Shown: positions 1 through 9,452 of the stretch, piece by piece
How positions within the stretch are numbered: the first letter of the stretch is position 1
How the letters are laid out: each line of letters starts with the position of its first letter
From: Trypanosoma brucei
Lineage: Eukaryota
DNA length: 64,000 nucleotides
Assembly (NCBI GenBank): GCA_000002445.1
Contig: CH464491.1
Location: 576,001-640,000 of the forward strand
Direction: 5' to 3'
Made by a program: the position numbers and the translations under genes
Notes under the pieces: model-generated
What the model was told of the DNA's origin: nothing
Seen by the model: only the letters and a program-made list of their open reading frames with translations
Databases searched by the model: none

Positions 1-26
1 AAATATACATATAATTGAAGCGCGCG

Positions 27-1322
27 ATGGAGGTGGCTGTGGGGCACGTCCGTCATGTGCCGTGCACGGTACCCGACGATCCTGCGAGCCGTATGAGAGC
101 TATTCGGGAAATCGTTGCTCGGCACTGTGCGCTTTTCATGCAAAAGGGTGGCGATGTAGGCCGATCTCAATGTGCTTCAAATCTGGGCAATAATATTACG
201 AGCGGCACGTCAAATGGATTCGATGCAGATCGTTTGCAGGTGGTGGCCTTTTCTGGCGGAATAACGAATGAGATGTACCATGTATACTGCGAAGGATGGG
301 AGGCCCATTCTGTTGTGATGCGTATCTTTGGAAAGGAGACAGAGCGCGTCATATCCCGTGGGGATGAGCTTTTCTACCAGTCATTATTTATTCCGACTTA
401 TGTTCGCGGCCAGAACTTTTTAGTTTACCAGTACCTTTATCAGTACGAGCCCCTTCCGTTCGTGGAGATGGTAAAAGAGTACGAAAAGATAGCGCGTGGG
501 ATTGCCTTCTTCCACGTCCGGGCGACACTTGAGGCAAGAAGTGATTATAGTGTCACCCCCGTCGGTGGGGTGGTCGGCGCGGGTGGCGCAACCGTAGGCC
601 CAACGAATACCTGTTCGCGCTTCGATTTGGAGGAAAATTATATTGTCCATTCCCTCACCGAGTGGGTGGAGCAGGCCCTTTCGGAGACTGTGCAGGAGAA
701 GGTGGACGCCACAAAACGGGCGACTTATGCATCTGTAGCGCAACAGCTGAAGGAGGAGGCCCAGTGGCTGCTGCCATTGATGCAGAGGCACTCACCTGAG
801 TTGGGCGAGAGTACGTGCCACAATGACCTGCTCAGCGGCAATATCATGAGGCAGAAAAGTGATGGCGCACTGAAGATTATTGACTTCGAGTATGCAAAAC
901 GTAATTACTTTCTGTTTGATATAGCCAATCACTTCAACGAGTACACGGGGCTCGAGTGTGACTACGCCACATATTTCCCCTCTGAGGAGCACATGAAAAA
1001 GTTTGTGACCACTTATATGTGTGCTATGCGGGAGGAGCTCGAAAAACATGCTGAGGAGGCGAAGCGTCGGCAACTAACGGATATTATACCGGGACAGCAG
1101 CATTTCTTCATGTGCGATGTGGGAGGTGTTGAGGGGGATAAGCGGATCCATCGCATGGTTCAGCTTGTCAAACTCCTTACCCTCGCTTCTCACCTAAGTT
1201 GGAGTGTTTGGGCCTTACTTCAGGAGGCGGTGTCGAAGACGGACATGGACTTCCTGCGGTACTCGCAGCTCCGACTGTCGCGGTACCTGGAGACGAGGAA
1301 GGAGTTTAGTGCATCTTCATAA
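27..1322 (+). CDS. choline/ethanolamine kinase
   Basis: 432-aa ORF taken from the first ATG; the ORF-track start at 15 is TTG and an in-frame TAA sits at 12-14. It carries the Brenner phosphotransferase motif CHNDLLSGNIM (nt ~816-848) and the choline-kinase motif IIDFEYAKRNYFLFDIANHFNEYTG (nt ~874-948). Confidence 0.85.
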   Translation: MEVAVGHVRHVPCTVPDDPASRMRAIREIVARHCALFMQKGGDVGRSQCASNLGNNITSGTSNGFDADRLQVVAFSGGITNEMYHVYCEGWEAHSVVMRIFGKETERVISRGDELFYQSLFIPTYVRGQNFLVYQYLYQYEPLPFVEMVKEYEKIARGIAFFHVRATLEARSDYSVTPVGGVVGAGGATVGPTNTCSRFDLEENYIVHSLTEWVEQALSETVQEKVDATKRATYASVAQQLKEEAQWLLPLMQRHSPELGESTCHNDLLSGNIMRQKSDGALKIIDFEYAKRNYFLFDIANHFNEYTGLECDYATYFPSEEHMKKFVTTYMCAMREELEKHAEEAKRRQLTDIIPGQQHFFMCDVGGVEGDKRIHRMVQLVKLLTLASHLSWSVWALLQEAVSKTDMDFLRYSQLRLSRYLETRKEFSASS

Positions 1323-1870
1323 AGGAGGCATAAAGATGTCGGGGTGGTGGTGTAATTGCCTTGCTGAGAGAATCGCACCAACCGTTTGACAGTGATTGCG
1401 GTGTGTCGTATAACGCAACTTGTCGCGGTAGCATTAGCGTAGCAATTATGGTTGCTATCATTACATTTTCTTTTCCCTCTGTTACGTAGCGTCCAAGGCA
1501 CGGCTACACTCCCATATTAAGGATATATATATATATATATATGTTGTGTATGAGGGTGCGTCAAGATGTTGCGGTATTAATTGACGGTACCATCTGAATG
1601 TGTTTTGGGCTGCTTCTAAATTTGTCCTTGTTTACGGCTTCTCTGCCATCTCCCCCCCTCAAGGCGGTTCCCCCTTTCCGTATTTCTCATGTGTTGCTCG
1701 TCCCTTTCCTTCCCTGGAGCTATTGGATACCGGTGGAAGGGTTGTTGTGGGGTTGCAGGTGTGTTTCCGTTGGTCATGCAAGGGAAGGGTGAGGAAAAGA
1801 GAGGATAGGAGAGCGGTGGAAGTGAATTGCAATGGTGCCACGTTTGCACTTTTTTGCGCTCTCTTAACAT

Positions 1871-1912
1871 TTTTTTTGTTGATCCTTAGTTCGTTTCTTT
1901 TTTTTTTTTTCG
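1871..1912 (+). promoter_or_regulatory. polypyrimidine tract (putative trans-splicing/polyadenylation signal)
   Basis: ttttttttgttgatccttagttcgtttctttttttttttttttcg sits between the kinase gene and the next downstream gene. In kinetoplastids such tracts direct SL trans-splicing of the downstream mRNA and polyadenylation of the upstream one. Confidence 0.5.
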
Positions 1913-2475
1913 TGCCTACGTCGTGTTAGTGATCGCCACCGCACACCAACTTAGTGTCCCAAATGATACTTCATGGAGGCGGGACGAGTGCCTCGTTCCC
2001 TCCCGTTGCATTTGTGTGATTTTTTCTTCGTGGTAGTTCGCGGGTGTTGAAAACATGTGGAGTGGGGGTGTATATGGAGAAGCTGGTGGGTAACGCAACT
2101 GTTCTGGTGAAAAATTGGTAAAAAGAAGCAAAAGAAGGTTCTGTTTGGGCAATGGCTGTAGAATGTCAAGGATAAGTAAAACGTGCCGTGTGCTTGTGTG
2201 CATTGTAAAGGTTATCATTAAGTACCGTAAATGAGATGTTGGATGAGGGGATACTTCCTTGGCTATGTAGGGCTTCTCATTTTTCTCATTGTTCATTTTT
2301 ATTGCATCAATGACATGTGAATTTTCAACTTTTTTGTGCGCCTTTTGACAACTATAAGGAAGGGAGGGGTGAAGCTACACACAGGTCGCACACAGCGACG
2401 CGTGCCGACTGCTGGCGCGTTCCGGAGGAACGCAGCGAAGAATCGAATAGGGAAAAAGAAGGATCAACTTTTTAC

Positions 2476-4380
2476 ATGTTTCAAATTGATGTCACCGACG
2501 TTTATTCCGCTCAAACGGAAACAGAGATAGCAAGGCTGTTTGCTTTAGCTGCAAACAGCGATTTCCCCTCCGAGACTCCCACCATCGAAGTGCGTTTACT
2601 GCTGCAAACAGAGAAGGATGGTTCTCAACCGACAGGTGATGTATGGACCCGGCAGGAGCGTGACACGCTGCTACTGTGTTTGGATCGCTCCGTCTCGCGT
2701 GTTTACCCTCCGCTCGACCCACTACAGTACACGCAACCACCACCGGAACTGGAGGTGCGTAACGGGAAACGGGTGGCGCGTATATACGTTACACCAACAG
2801 TCCGTTTGTTTTCCTTTCATTCAACTCCACACTGTGTTGAGGGACGCATGGGTACAGCAAATGGGACTCCTCCTAGTTTACTCACTCCCTTCGCTGAAGG
2901 TGAAGGTGTTAAAGCGAGCGGGGAATTCGAAGACTTTGCCGTTTCTCGGAGTCGGTGGAGGGTTGCTGCGTGGCTGACTGCCCGATTGTTCAATGAGAGT
3001 AGTTGGGTTTCTACCTGTCCCTGTGGTGGACTAAACAATGGGGATGGCACTGTCGCCGTACCTGCTGAGAGGTGTAGTGACGTTATTGATGCTGCAGAGT
3101 GTGACGGGCAAAAGCGGTTGCTTCATGTGGATGTGGCAGGGATGGAGTTCGTTGGGCTCATCACAGCTGTTACGTCACGGTATGCATACGTGGCTGTACC
3201 ACATGAAGAGGAAGGCCAACTGGCTACTAAGTGGGTCCTTGTCAGCCGTGTTAGCGTACCGCCCGCGCTGGAACGCATTGTGGGAAGAGAAACTGTGAAG
3301 AGGCCGAGGGAGGACAGTGAAAGGTCCCGGAGAGAAGAATTTGTGTATGAAAGGGAAGTTATATCTCATGACAACACCCCTTTCAGAGTGCTGCGTGTGG
3401 AGGAGCGTTTGTTGGTCACGCTGCGTGCGCACAAAGTGTATTGCACAAAGCAAAGGCCGGTGTTAGGTCTTCCTAGGGCGGTTTCCGTCTTATTTGAAGA
3501 CGTGGCTGTGGTGAAGAAGGTGGCTGACAGTCTCACTGATGGCGGTGACAGTACCAAAGTTATTCACAAATCATGTTGTAATTCATTTGCGGACGTCCTT
3601 GAAATTGTGAGGGGAAGCTGCAAGCGTTTTCTGCGGGGTTATACCAAATATAAGTTAAACACCAACGGACCTGCGGTCGAGCGCTTATTTAGCGCCCTGA
3701 CCGATACCGTCTCGGTGCAGTCTGTCTGTCACGGTGCGGGGACCCGGCGGCGGCGGCAGCGGCCACCCGTCACTGTCTCGTCTCCACGGGACATCTCTTC
3801 GCTTTATGAGGGAACTTGTGTTGAGTTCAAGGCGAAGGCGAACAAATGGGAGGCCAACTCTATTGAGGATTTCGTTGAGACGGATGTCTTTGGTGATGCG
3901 AGCGCAAGTGCCGGCGGTAATTACCGAAGCACTTCGAGGAAAACGGGCTGCATGAATATGGAGCGTATTCGGCACACCATTGCTGCCATGGCGAGCACGC
4001 TGGGCGGTGTCCTCCTTGTGGGTGTAAGCGACGACGGTAAGGTGTTGGGCCACAGTCCCGATGCGCTGAAGGAACTTCGACTGACTGGCTTCTGCCCAGC
4101 AATGCCGAAGGGCACGGTACAATGTACAACGATGCGAGCTGTGTCGGAAGATGCCCCAGTGACGTTACCAAAGGAATGGTGGAAGAATAAGACTCAGAAT
4201 ATTGGGCAGCGGGTTAATCAGCAGACCAATCTTGTGGTAACAGTGATCACGGTTTCCAGAGGACCAGCCCCAGTCTATACCGTGGCGCGCCACTCTGTGC
4301 CATACATCCGCGGGTTTGCCAGCACCCTCCCACTACATGTCATTTCCGTTACGCGACGTATAACTCCTCTACTGCCATAA
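2476..4380 (+). CDS. hypothetical protein with a C-terminal Schlafen/AlbA_2-like (divergent AAA) domain
   Basis: The longest ORF begins at GTG 2317 and the first in-frame ATG is 2476. A polypyrimidine tract at 2280-2345 lies just upstream. The C-terminal segment MERIRHTIAAMASTLGGVLLVGVSDDGKVLGHSPDALKELRL (from nt 3958) matches the AlbA_2 consensus GGxLxxGVxDdGxvxG. Confidence 0.6.
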   Translation: MFQIDVTDVYSAQTETEIARLFALAANSDFPSETPTIEVRLLLQTEKDGSQPTGDVWTRQERDTLLLCLDRSVSRVYPPLDPLQYTQPPPELEVRNGKRVARIYVTPTVRLFSFHSTPHCVEGRMGTANGTPPSLLTPFAEGEGVKASGEFEDFAVSRSRWRVAAWLTARLFNESSWVSTCPCGGLNNGDGTVAVPAERCSDVIDAAECDGQKRLLHVDVAGMEFVGLITAVTSRYAYVAVPHEEEGQLATKWVLVSRVSVPPALERIVGRETVKRPREDSERSRREEFVYEREVISHDNTPFRVLRVEERLLVTLRAHKVYCTKQRPVLGLPRAVSVLFEDVAVVKKVADSLTDGGDSTKVIHKSCCNSFADVLEIVRGSCKRFLRGYTKYKLNTNGPAVERLFSALTDTVSVQSVCHGAGTRRRRQRPPVTVSSPRDISSLYEGTCVEFKAKANKWEANSIEDFVETDVFGDASASAGGNYRSTSRKTGCMNMERIRHTIAAMASTLGGVLLVGVSDDGKVLGHSPDALKELRLTGFCPAMPKGTVQCTTMRAVSEDAPVTLPKEWWKNKTQNIGQRVNQQTNLVVTVITVSRGPAPVYTVARHSVPYIRGFASTLPLHVISVTRRITPLLP

Positions 4381-4919
4381 CATAAACCTTAAAAAAGCAA
4401 CAACAACAACATATCATTCGTTTACTTTTCGTTATTCACTAATCGACCGCTATGGTGGTACGTTCCGTTTAAATATGGTGTGGTGGCAGCAGACCCGTCC
4501 GAGGCTTTGTTGTGAGAGTGCGGCACTTGGCTCTGTTGAGTTTTTTCTGTTCTGTGATTTCGGTAGTGCTCGCACCGTCTGGTAAGTACGGTACTTTGCG
4601 TTTATTTTTTTAAATTATACTTCCACCACCCCTACTGTTTTTCTTTGAGGGAACAAGGTCATTAAGGATAGCTTGTAGTTGTTGCACCCAGCGGCCTGCA
4701 CACACGAGGGCACACAGGGTTTTTTTAATTTTTCTTCCACCATAACTTTTTTCACAATTTGCGAGTTGGGTGCCCCTTTTGGTTGCCACTTAGGTAACAT
4801 TCTTGTCACCGCATTACACAACATTGGTGTGGAAGTGGCGTGGAAAGATCAGTTTCCATTTCTGTAAATTATTTGTGAACCTCAGAGCGTGTAAGCGTAT
4901 ATTTTCGTTTTTGGGAGTG

Positions 4920-5564
4920 ATGTCATTCATGTCATTGTTTCAGCGTGAGAGGCCGGAGGAAGCAATGCGAAAATACAAACGTGGTCTAGACCGAACAGTG
5001 GTCGAATTAGACAGAGAGAGGAACAAACTCCAGCAGCAGGAAAGCCGTACAACGATCGAGATGAAGAAAATGGCCAAACAAGACCAAATTGATTCGGTCC
5101 GCATTCTTGCCAGGGATTTGGTACGCACACGAAAGTATCAGCAGAAGTTATACCGTATGCGAGCACAGATTCAAGGGGTGGCGCTGCGCATTCAAACTAT
5201 GCAATCCACCGCTCAAATGGCCAGCGCAATGAAGGGTGTGGCCAAGTCTATGGCTAGTATGAACCGGAGTATGAATCTACCGCAGATGCAACGTGTCATG
5301 CAAGAGTTTGAGAAACAAAACGAATTGATGGGGATGAAAGAGGAGATGATGAATGACATGATAGACGATGTGATGGATGATGAGGGTGAGGAGGAGGATG
5401 AAACTGAATTGGAGATTCAGAAGGTTATGGACGAGGCGGGGTTGGAGTTCAAAAACAAGGTTGGCGTGGCAGACAGCGCTCTGCCGAAACAGGGAGCCAA
5501 TGACGTAGGTGAAGATAAAGAACTTGACGCGAGGGTAGCTGCTCTTCGGGCGGCTATGAAGTAA
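4920..5564 (+). CDS. VPS2: ESCRT-III subunit Vps2/CHMP2 (Snf7 family)
   Basis: The ORF-track start at 4803 is TTG and the first ATG is 4920. The N-terminus MSFMSLFQRERPEEAMRKYKRGLDRTVVELDRERNKLQQQE aligns with CHMP2A MDLLFGRRKTPEELLRQNQRALNRAMRELDRERQKLE. Further blocks IKKMAKQ, VRILA(K/R)DLVRTR, MKEEMMND and a C-terminal MIM-like ELDARVAALRAAMK are conserved. Confidence 0.85.
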   Translation: MSFMSLFQRERPEEAMRKYKRGLDRTVVELDRERNKLQQQESRTTIEMKKMAKQDQIDSVRILARDLVRTRKYQQKLYRMRAQIQGVALRIQTMQSTAQMASAMKGVAKSMASMNRSMNLPQMQRVMQEFEKQNELMGMKEEMMNDMIDDVMDDEGEEEDETELEIQKVMDEAGLEFKNKVGVADSALPKQGANDVGEDKELDARVAALRAAMK

Positions 5565-6113
5565 CTCACGGTTTTTCTCACTCGTCTGCTTATGACACTC
5601 CTGCTTTACGTGTACCCTATTCCCCCTTCTTTTTGCCAGTGCTTCCCCTAATTCTCATCAGTTCACTTTCCCTTCTCCTTATTAGCTTTGAACGTTTGCT
5701 GCAGACGATGTTTTTTTTTTGTTTTGCGCTACGGGAAATAGTAACTTGCAACGTTTCTCCTTCACCGCTTTGTTTAAAATGTGTACTGAGAGGGGAATGC
5801 CGGTGGGGTGTCCATAGGTTGTGACTTTGTGCGTTTTTTTTCTTGTTGTAGGAGGAAGTCGAAACTTTACAACTTCACTGTGCAGCATTTTTGACTTTTA
5901 TTGTTTCAGCTCCCGGGAAGAATTAGCTGTCCCATAAACTTCTCATTATGGTGCATACGCGTGCGATTTGGTTGGGGGGGGCAAAGGGAGAATTTGATGC
6001 GTGTGTGTTGGGTTTGGTGACCGACAGTTTTTCATAGGGAGAGCGTTTTACTAAATGGGTTGAGTTTGCTGCAGCATGTTAATTTAAGCACAGCATGCAC
6101 AAATATACATAAG

Positions 6114-6140
6114 TATATATATATATATATATATATATAT
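6114..6140. repeat. (TA)n microsatellite
   Basis: tatatatatatatatatatatatatat in the intergenic region upstream of the 6430 gene. Confidence 0.9.
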
Positions 6141-6429
6141 GCATTTGTCCGGCGTTGCTCCCCTTAATGCTGTTGCTGTACTTTACGTTTTTTCCTTCCC
6201 ACCAGTGTTCCCATAGTCCGCTGTCCAACCCTTCTAGGTGTGGCACCGACAAAAGGTGAGTCAGGAGTACAGGTGCTGCTTGAAGGGAGCGCACCTCACA
6301 GTTTACGAACAAGCAGCGAGAAAAAAAGGGACTCCCAAACATTTAGAGGGCCACCAGCTTTTCCTTATATAGGTTCATCGTTAGTTACGCACAGATACCT
6401 AAAATAGGCATATAAACATCCCTTAAAAA

Positions 6430-8796
6430 ATGACTCGAGAAGAGGAGGTATTGGATCTGGGAAAACGATGGTATGAGCGGCCACTCCCTCTACGGGTATG
6501 CAGCCTGAAGGAAGTGGCCAACGACACCACAACGAAGGAGGAGATGGATGCCATGTTCAGTGAAGCGCGGGATATACTCAACCAAGCTACCAACAGGGGT
6601 CACTCAGACAAGGGGCGGTGGTACAACACACAGTTTATCTCACGCGGTACAACTTCGGACAAAATCGCTTCTGCTGCCGTAAAGTTGAGTGACACGGACT
6701 TTATGTTCTTTCTTGAAGGTTTTAATCTTCTGTTTGACACCGCTCGTACGGATACCCACCACTACGAGGCCGCACTGAAAGCACTTGCAGTCATTTGGAC
6801 GAAGCTAATGCCCCGGCGGCCACTGAAGCGGTTTTTTTCCCAGTTCTTTGCCACGCTGCCAGCGAACCCCGCGGATAGGAAAGTTGTTCTTGTATATTGG
6901 TATCTCGAGGATTACCTGAAGCGCACATATGCGCAGTTTCTTTCGCTCGCAGAGGCGATGCTGAAGGATCGTCTGCAGCAGCGTCGCGAAGCATGGTTAG
7001 ATGTGGTTGGAAAGCTTATATGTAACGTTGCCGAGAGCCGCCACGTAGCGATGGCATTAATGGTGGATAAGTTGGGAGATCCGGCGGCACGTGTTGCGCA
7101 CAATGCCTACCATCACCTGCTTGCCCTTCTGCGTGACTCTTCCATTCATCAGGGGGTACTCTTTGTCGAACTTGAGAAGGTAATTTTTATGAAGAACTGC
7201 CCCAAATCCACAATGAAATATGCAACCAACGTTATGAATCAGTTCGTTTACAATAAGGATGAACGGAAACTTGCCTTAAAAGCTATCCAAACATATCTTT
7301 CCATTTTCCGTCAGCTGGCAATCAGTGGTTCTGTGGATCTCTCCGTGACGACAGCTACCATCGTTGGCCTTCGGCGTGCCTTTCCTTATGCTGGCACAGA
7401 TGTTGCCTCGCTAGAGGAGCACCTTAACGCACTATTTGTCATCGCTAACACCGGGAACTTTACACAGCGTGTCACTACGATGTCCTTACTGCAGCTTGTC
7501 GCACTTGGGAAAAGCGCTACGGAGGAGTTTCGTAACCGTTGGTACAGGGCTCTGTACAAGCTACTGCTCATTTCACCAAAGCAGGTATCTCACTCTGCTC
7601 ACATAACGGGTTTCTTCTCGATGCTGCATAAAGCAGTGCGCTTGGACACTAATGACGACAGAATAGCAGCATTCATTCATCGCCTTCTCCAGCGGGCATT
7701 GTTTTTCCATGAATCAATGATATGCGCCATTCTTTTGTTGGTTGGTGACGTGCTGCAAGCTCACCCTCGTCTCCGCTCAGTAATCTTGGGATCCCGCAGA
7801 CCGCCGGTCGTACCAGCAGAGGAGCGTTATGACGTGAAACATCGCGAACCGCAGTATGCGCGGGCAAAGAACGAGTGCTTGTACACACTGGGTGTCCTGG
7901 CGCGCCATTCGCATCCCTCCGTAGTACAGTTGGCTGTGATGTTACTTTTCGGTGAGGAAATTATTTTTGACAGCCACCCTCTAGATGAGCTCACACTAAT
8001 AAACTTCCTGCAAATGTTTGTGGATGCGAAGGCCCACACCCAGCATGGGATAGACAGCGACGTAGCCGCGGCCGAAGCCGTAGGTAAGGCGGGGTCCTCA
8101 GTGTTCCGTCGCGCAACTCACCGGGCGAACCTCCCCAGCGCATCGGATCCTTTTTTTATCAACTCAAGCGTCCAACAAGTTGATGTGTCGGCGTTATTTC
8201 TTCACCGCTACGCCGTGCAACGTCAACGCTTCATTGATGGCCTTTCCCGGGTGCGGTCCACGTGGGGTGACGCGAGTGGCGAGGCGGACGTGGCACTCCG
8301 CGTGTCGGATGTGGACGCATCACTTTTTGGACCTTCTGGCGTGCTTGGGGATCCAGCAGTATCCAAGAAAAAGAATAAGCGTGCAAAGAAGAAGAAGGAA
8401 CGGTTGAAAGAGAAACTTAAGGAAGGAGCTGTGCTCGACGAGTGTGTGGAGGCCATTGGTAGCGAAGAGGTTGAAGGCGGCGAGGATAATTTTTTCGATA
8501 TGGAAGGTAGTGAAGGCGACTTGGAGTGGGGAAGCGGGGATGAGGGAGTAATGATGGACGATGATGAGGATGGGGATGACGGTAATGAAAGGGACGATGA
8601 TGGCGTGGGTTTGGCGCTTAGTCGTCGGGAAAATGCTGATGTTGATGATGGAGAGGACCTTGCAGAGATGCTGGAGGCTCACCGTAACGTTGCGTCTAAG
8701 AAGCGGAGGCGTGAAGAGGCTTGGTTGGAGCGAGTGACGTCGGCAGCAGGTACTAAAGGACCAAACCGAAGGTCCTTTGTGAGCAGAAGGCGGTAA
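6430..8796 (+). CDS. CBF/Mak21-family nucleolar protein (Noc1/Mak21-like ribosome-biogenesis factor)
   Basis: 788-aa ORF starting at ATG 6430. It has a helical-repeat body with a CBF-domain-like segment RIAAFIHRLLQRALFFHESMICAILLLVGDVLQAHPRL. The C-terminus has a basic KKKNKRAKKKKERLKEKLKEG block followed by a long D/E-rich acidic tail, as in nucleolar pre-60S factors. Confidence 0.5.
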   Translation: MTREEEVLDLGKRWYERPLPLRVCSLKEVANDTTTKEEMDAMFSEARDILNQATNRGHSDKGRWYNTQFISRGTTSDKIASAAVKLSDTDFMFFLEGFNLLFDTARTDTHHYEAALKALAVIWTKLMPRRPLKRFFSQFFATLPANPADRKVVLVYWYLEDYLKRTYAQFLSLAEAMLKDRLQQRREAWLDVVGKLICNVAESRHVAMALMVDKLGDPAARVAHNAYHHLLALLRDSSIHQGVLFVELEKVIFMKNCPKSTMKYATNVMNQFVYNKDERKLALKAIQTYLSIFRQLAISGSVDLSVTTATIVGLRRAFPYAGTDVASLEEHLNALFVIANTGNFTQRVTTMSLLQLVALGKSATEEFRNRWYRALYKLLLISPKQVSHSAHITGFFSMLHKAVRLDTNDDRIAAFIHRLLQRALFFHESMICAILLLVGDVLQAHPRLRSVILGSRRPPVVPAEERYDVKHREPQYARAKNECLYTLGVLARHSHPSVVQLAVMLLFGEEIIFDSHPLDELTLINFLQMFVDAKAHTQHGIDSDVAAAEAVGKAGSSVFRRATHRANLPSASDPFFINSSVQQVDVSALFLHRYAVQRQRFIDGLSRVRSTWGDASGEADVALRVSDVDASLFGPSGVLGDPAVSKKKNKRAKKKKERLKEKLKEGAVLDECVEAIGSEEVEGGEDNFFDMEGSEGDLEWGSGDEGVMMDDDEDGDDGNERDDDGVGLALSRRENADVDDGEDLAEMLEAHRNVASKKRRREEAWLERVTSAAGTKGPNRRSFVSRRR

Positions 8797-9352
8797 ATAC
8801 GAATGCAGAGGGAAAATTGGAGGGGCTGAGGAAGAGGAAGCGGCTGCGAAAGCGCTGCTGCAGTGTCGCCAATGCAGTCGTTTTGGGTGAAGGTGCCTCA
8901 TTCATTAGGCTAACTTTCCTCCACTTTCCTCGTCGCTGTGACTTTTGTGGTTCCGTGGTCTCTCGGGGGTTACAATACTAGTTCGATGCGGGTGGTTGGG
9001 GTTAGGTGTGGTAAAGACTCCATTTTTAGGAGGCATGAAAGGCCAAGTAATTTTAAGAGAAAAAATTCTCACAAGAGAGTAAACATAAAGAGATATTGCC
9101 TAGTTGATCGGTTAAGTTGGTAACGCATGCAAAATTAGTGTTGAATATCTAATTGTTAAAAAATAAGTTACCCTTCACCTACGATTAAGTCTCATTGTCA
9201 TGCGCTGTGGCATATTCGTGTGCACCCGAAAGCGGGTAAATCCACACTTTAATTTTACCCCATGTATCTGTCCTTATCTCACTTTCGCCTCTTATTTTTT
9301 TTTCAATTTTCGGATTTAGTGACCCGCATCCAAACAAACTATATTTTGCTTC

Positions 9353-9416
9353 CGTTTTTTCTTTATTCCCCTCGCGTTTTTTTTTGTATAGCTTGTTTTC
9401 TCGCTTTTTCGTCTCG
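9353..9416 (+). promoter_or_regulatory. polypyrimidine tract upstream of RPN3
   Basis: A T/C-rich run (ccgttttttctttattcccctcgcgtttttttttgtatagcttgttttctcgctttttcgtctc) lies about 40 nt upstream of ATG 9453. Confidence 0.5.
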
Positions 9417-9452
9417 AGTAACGAAGAAACCGAATACGGATCTTCAGGAGTG

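Noticed and set aside
1916-2296. 126-aa minus-strand ORF between the kinase gene and the AlbA_2-domain gene
   Set aside because: Its composition is not protein-like (L/T/P/H-rich with poly-L runs). It is antisense in a + strand polycistron and covers a polypyrimidine splice-signal region.
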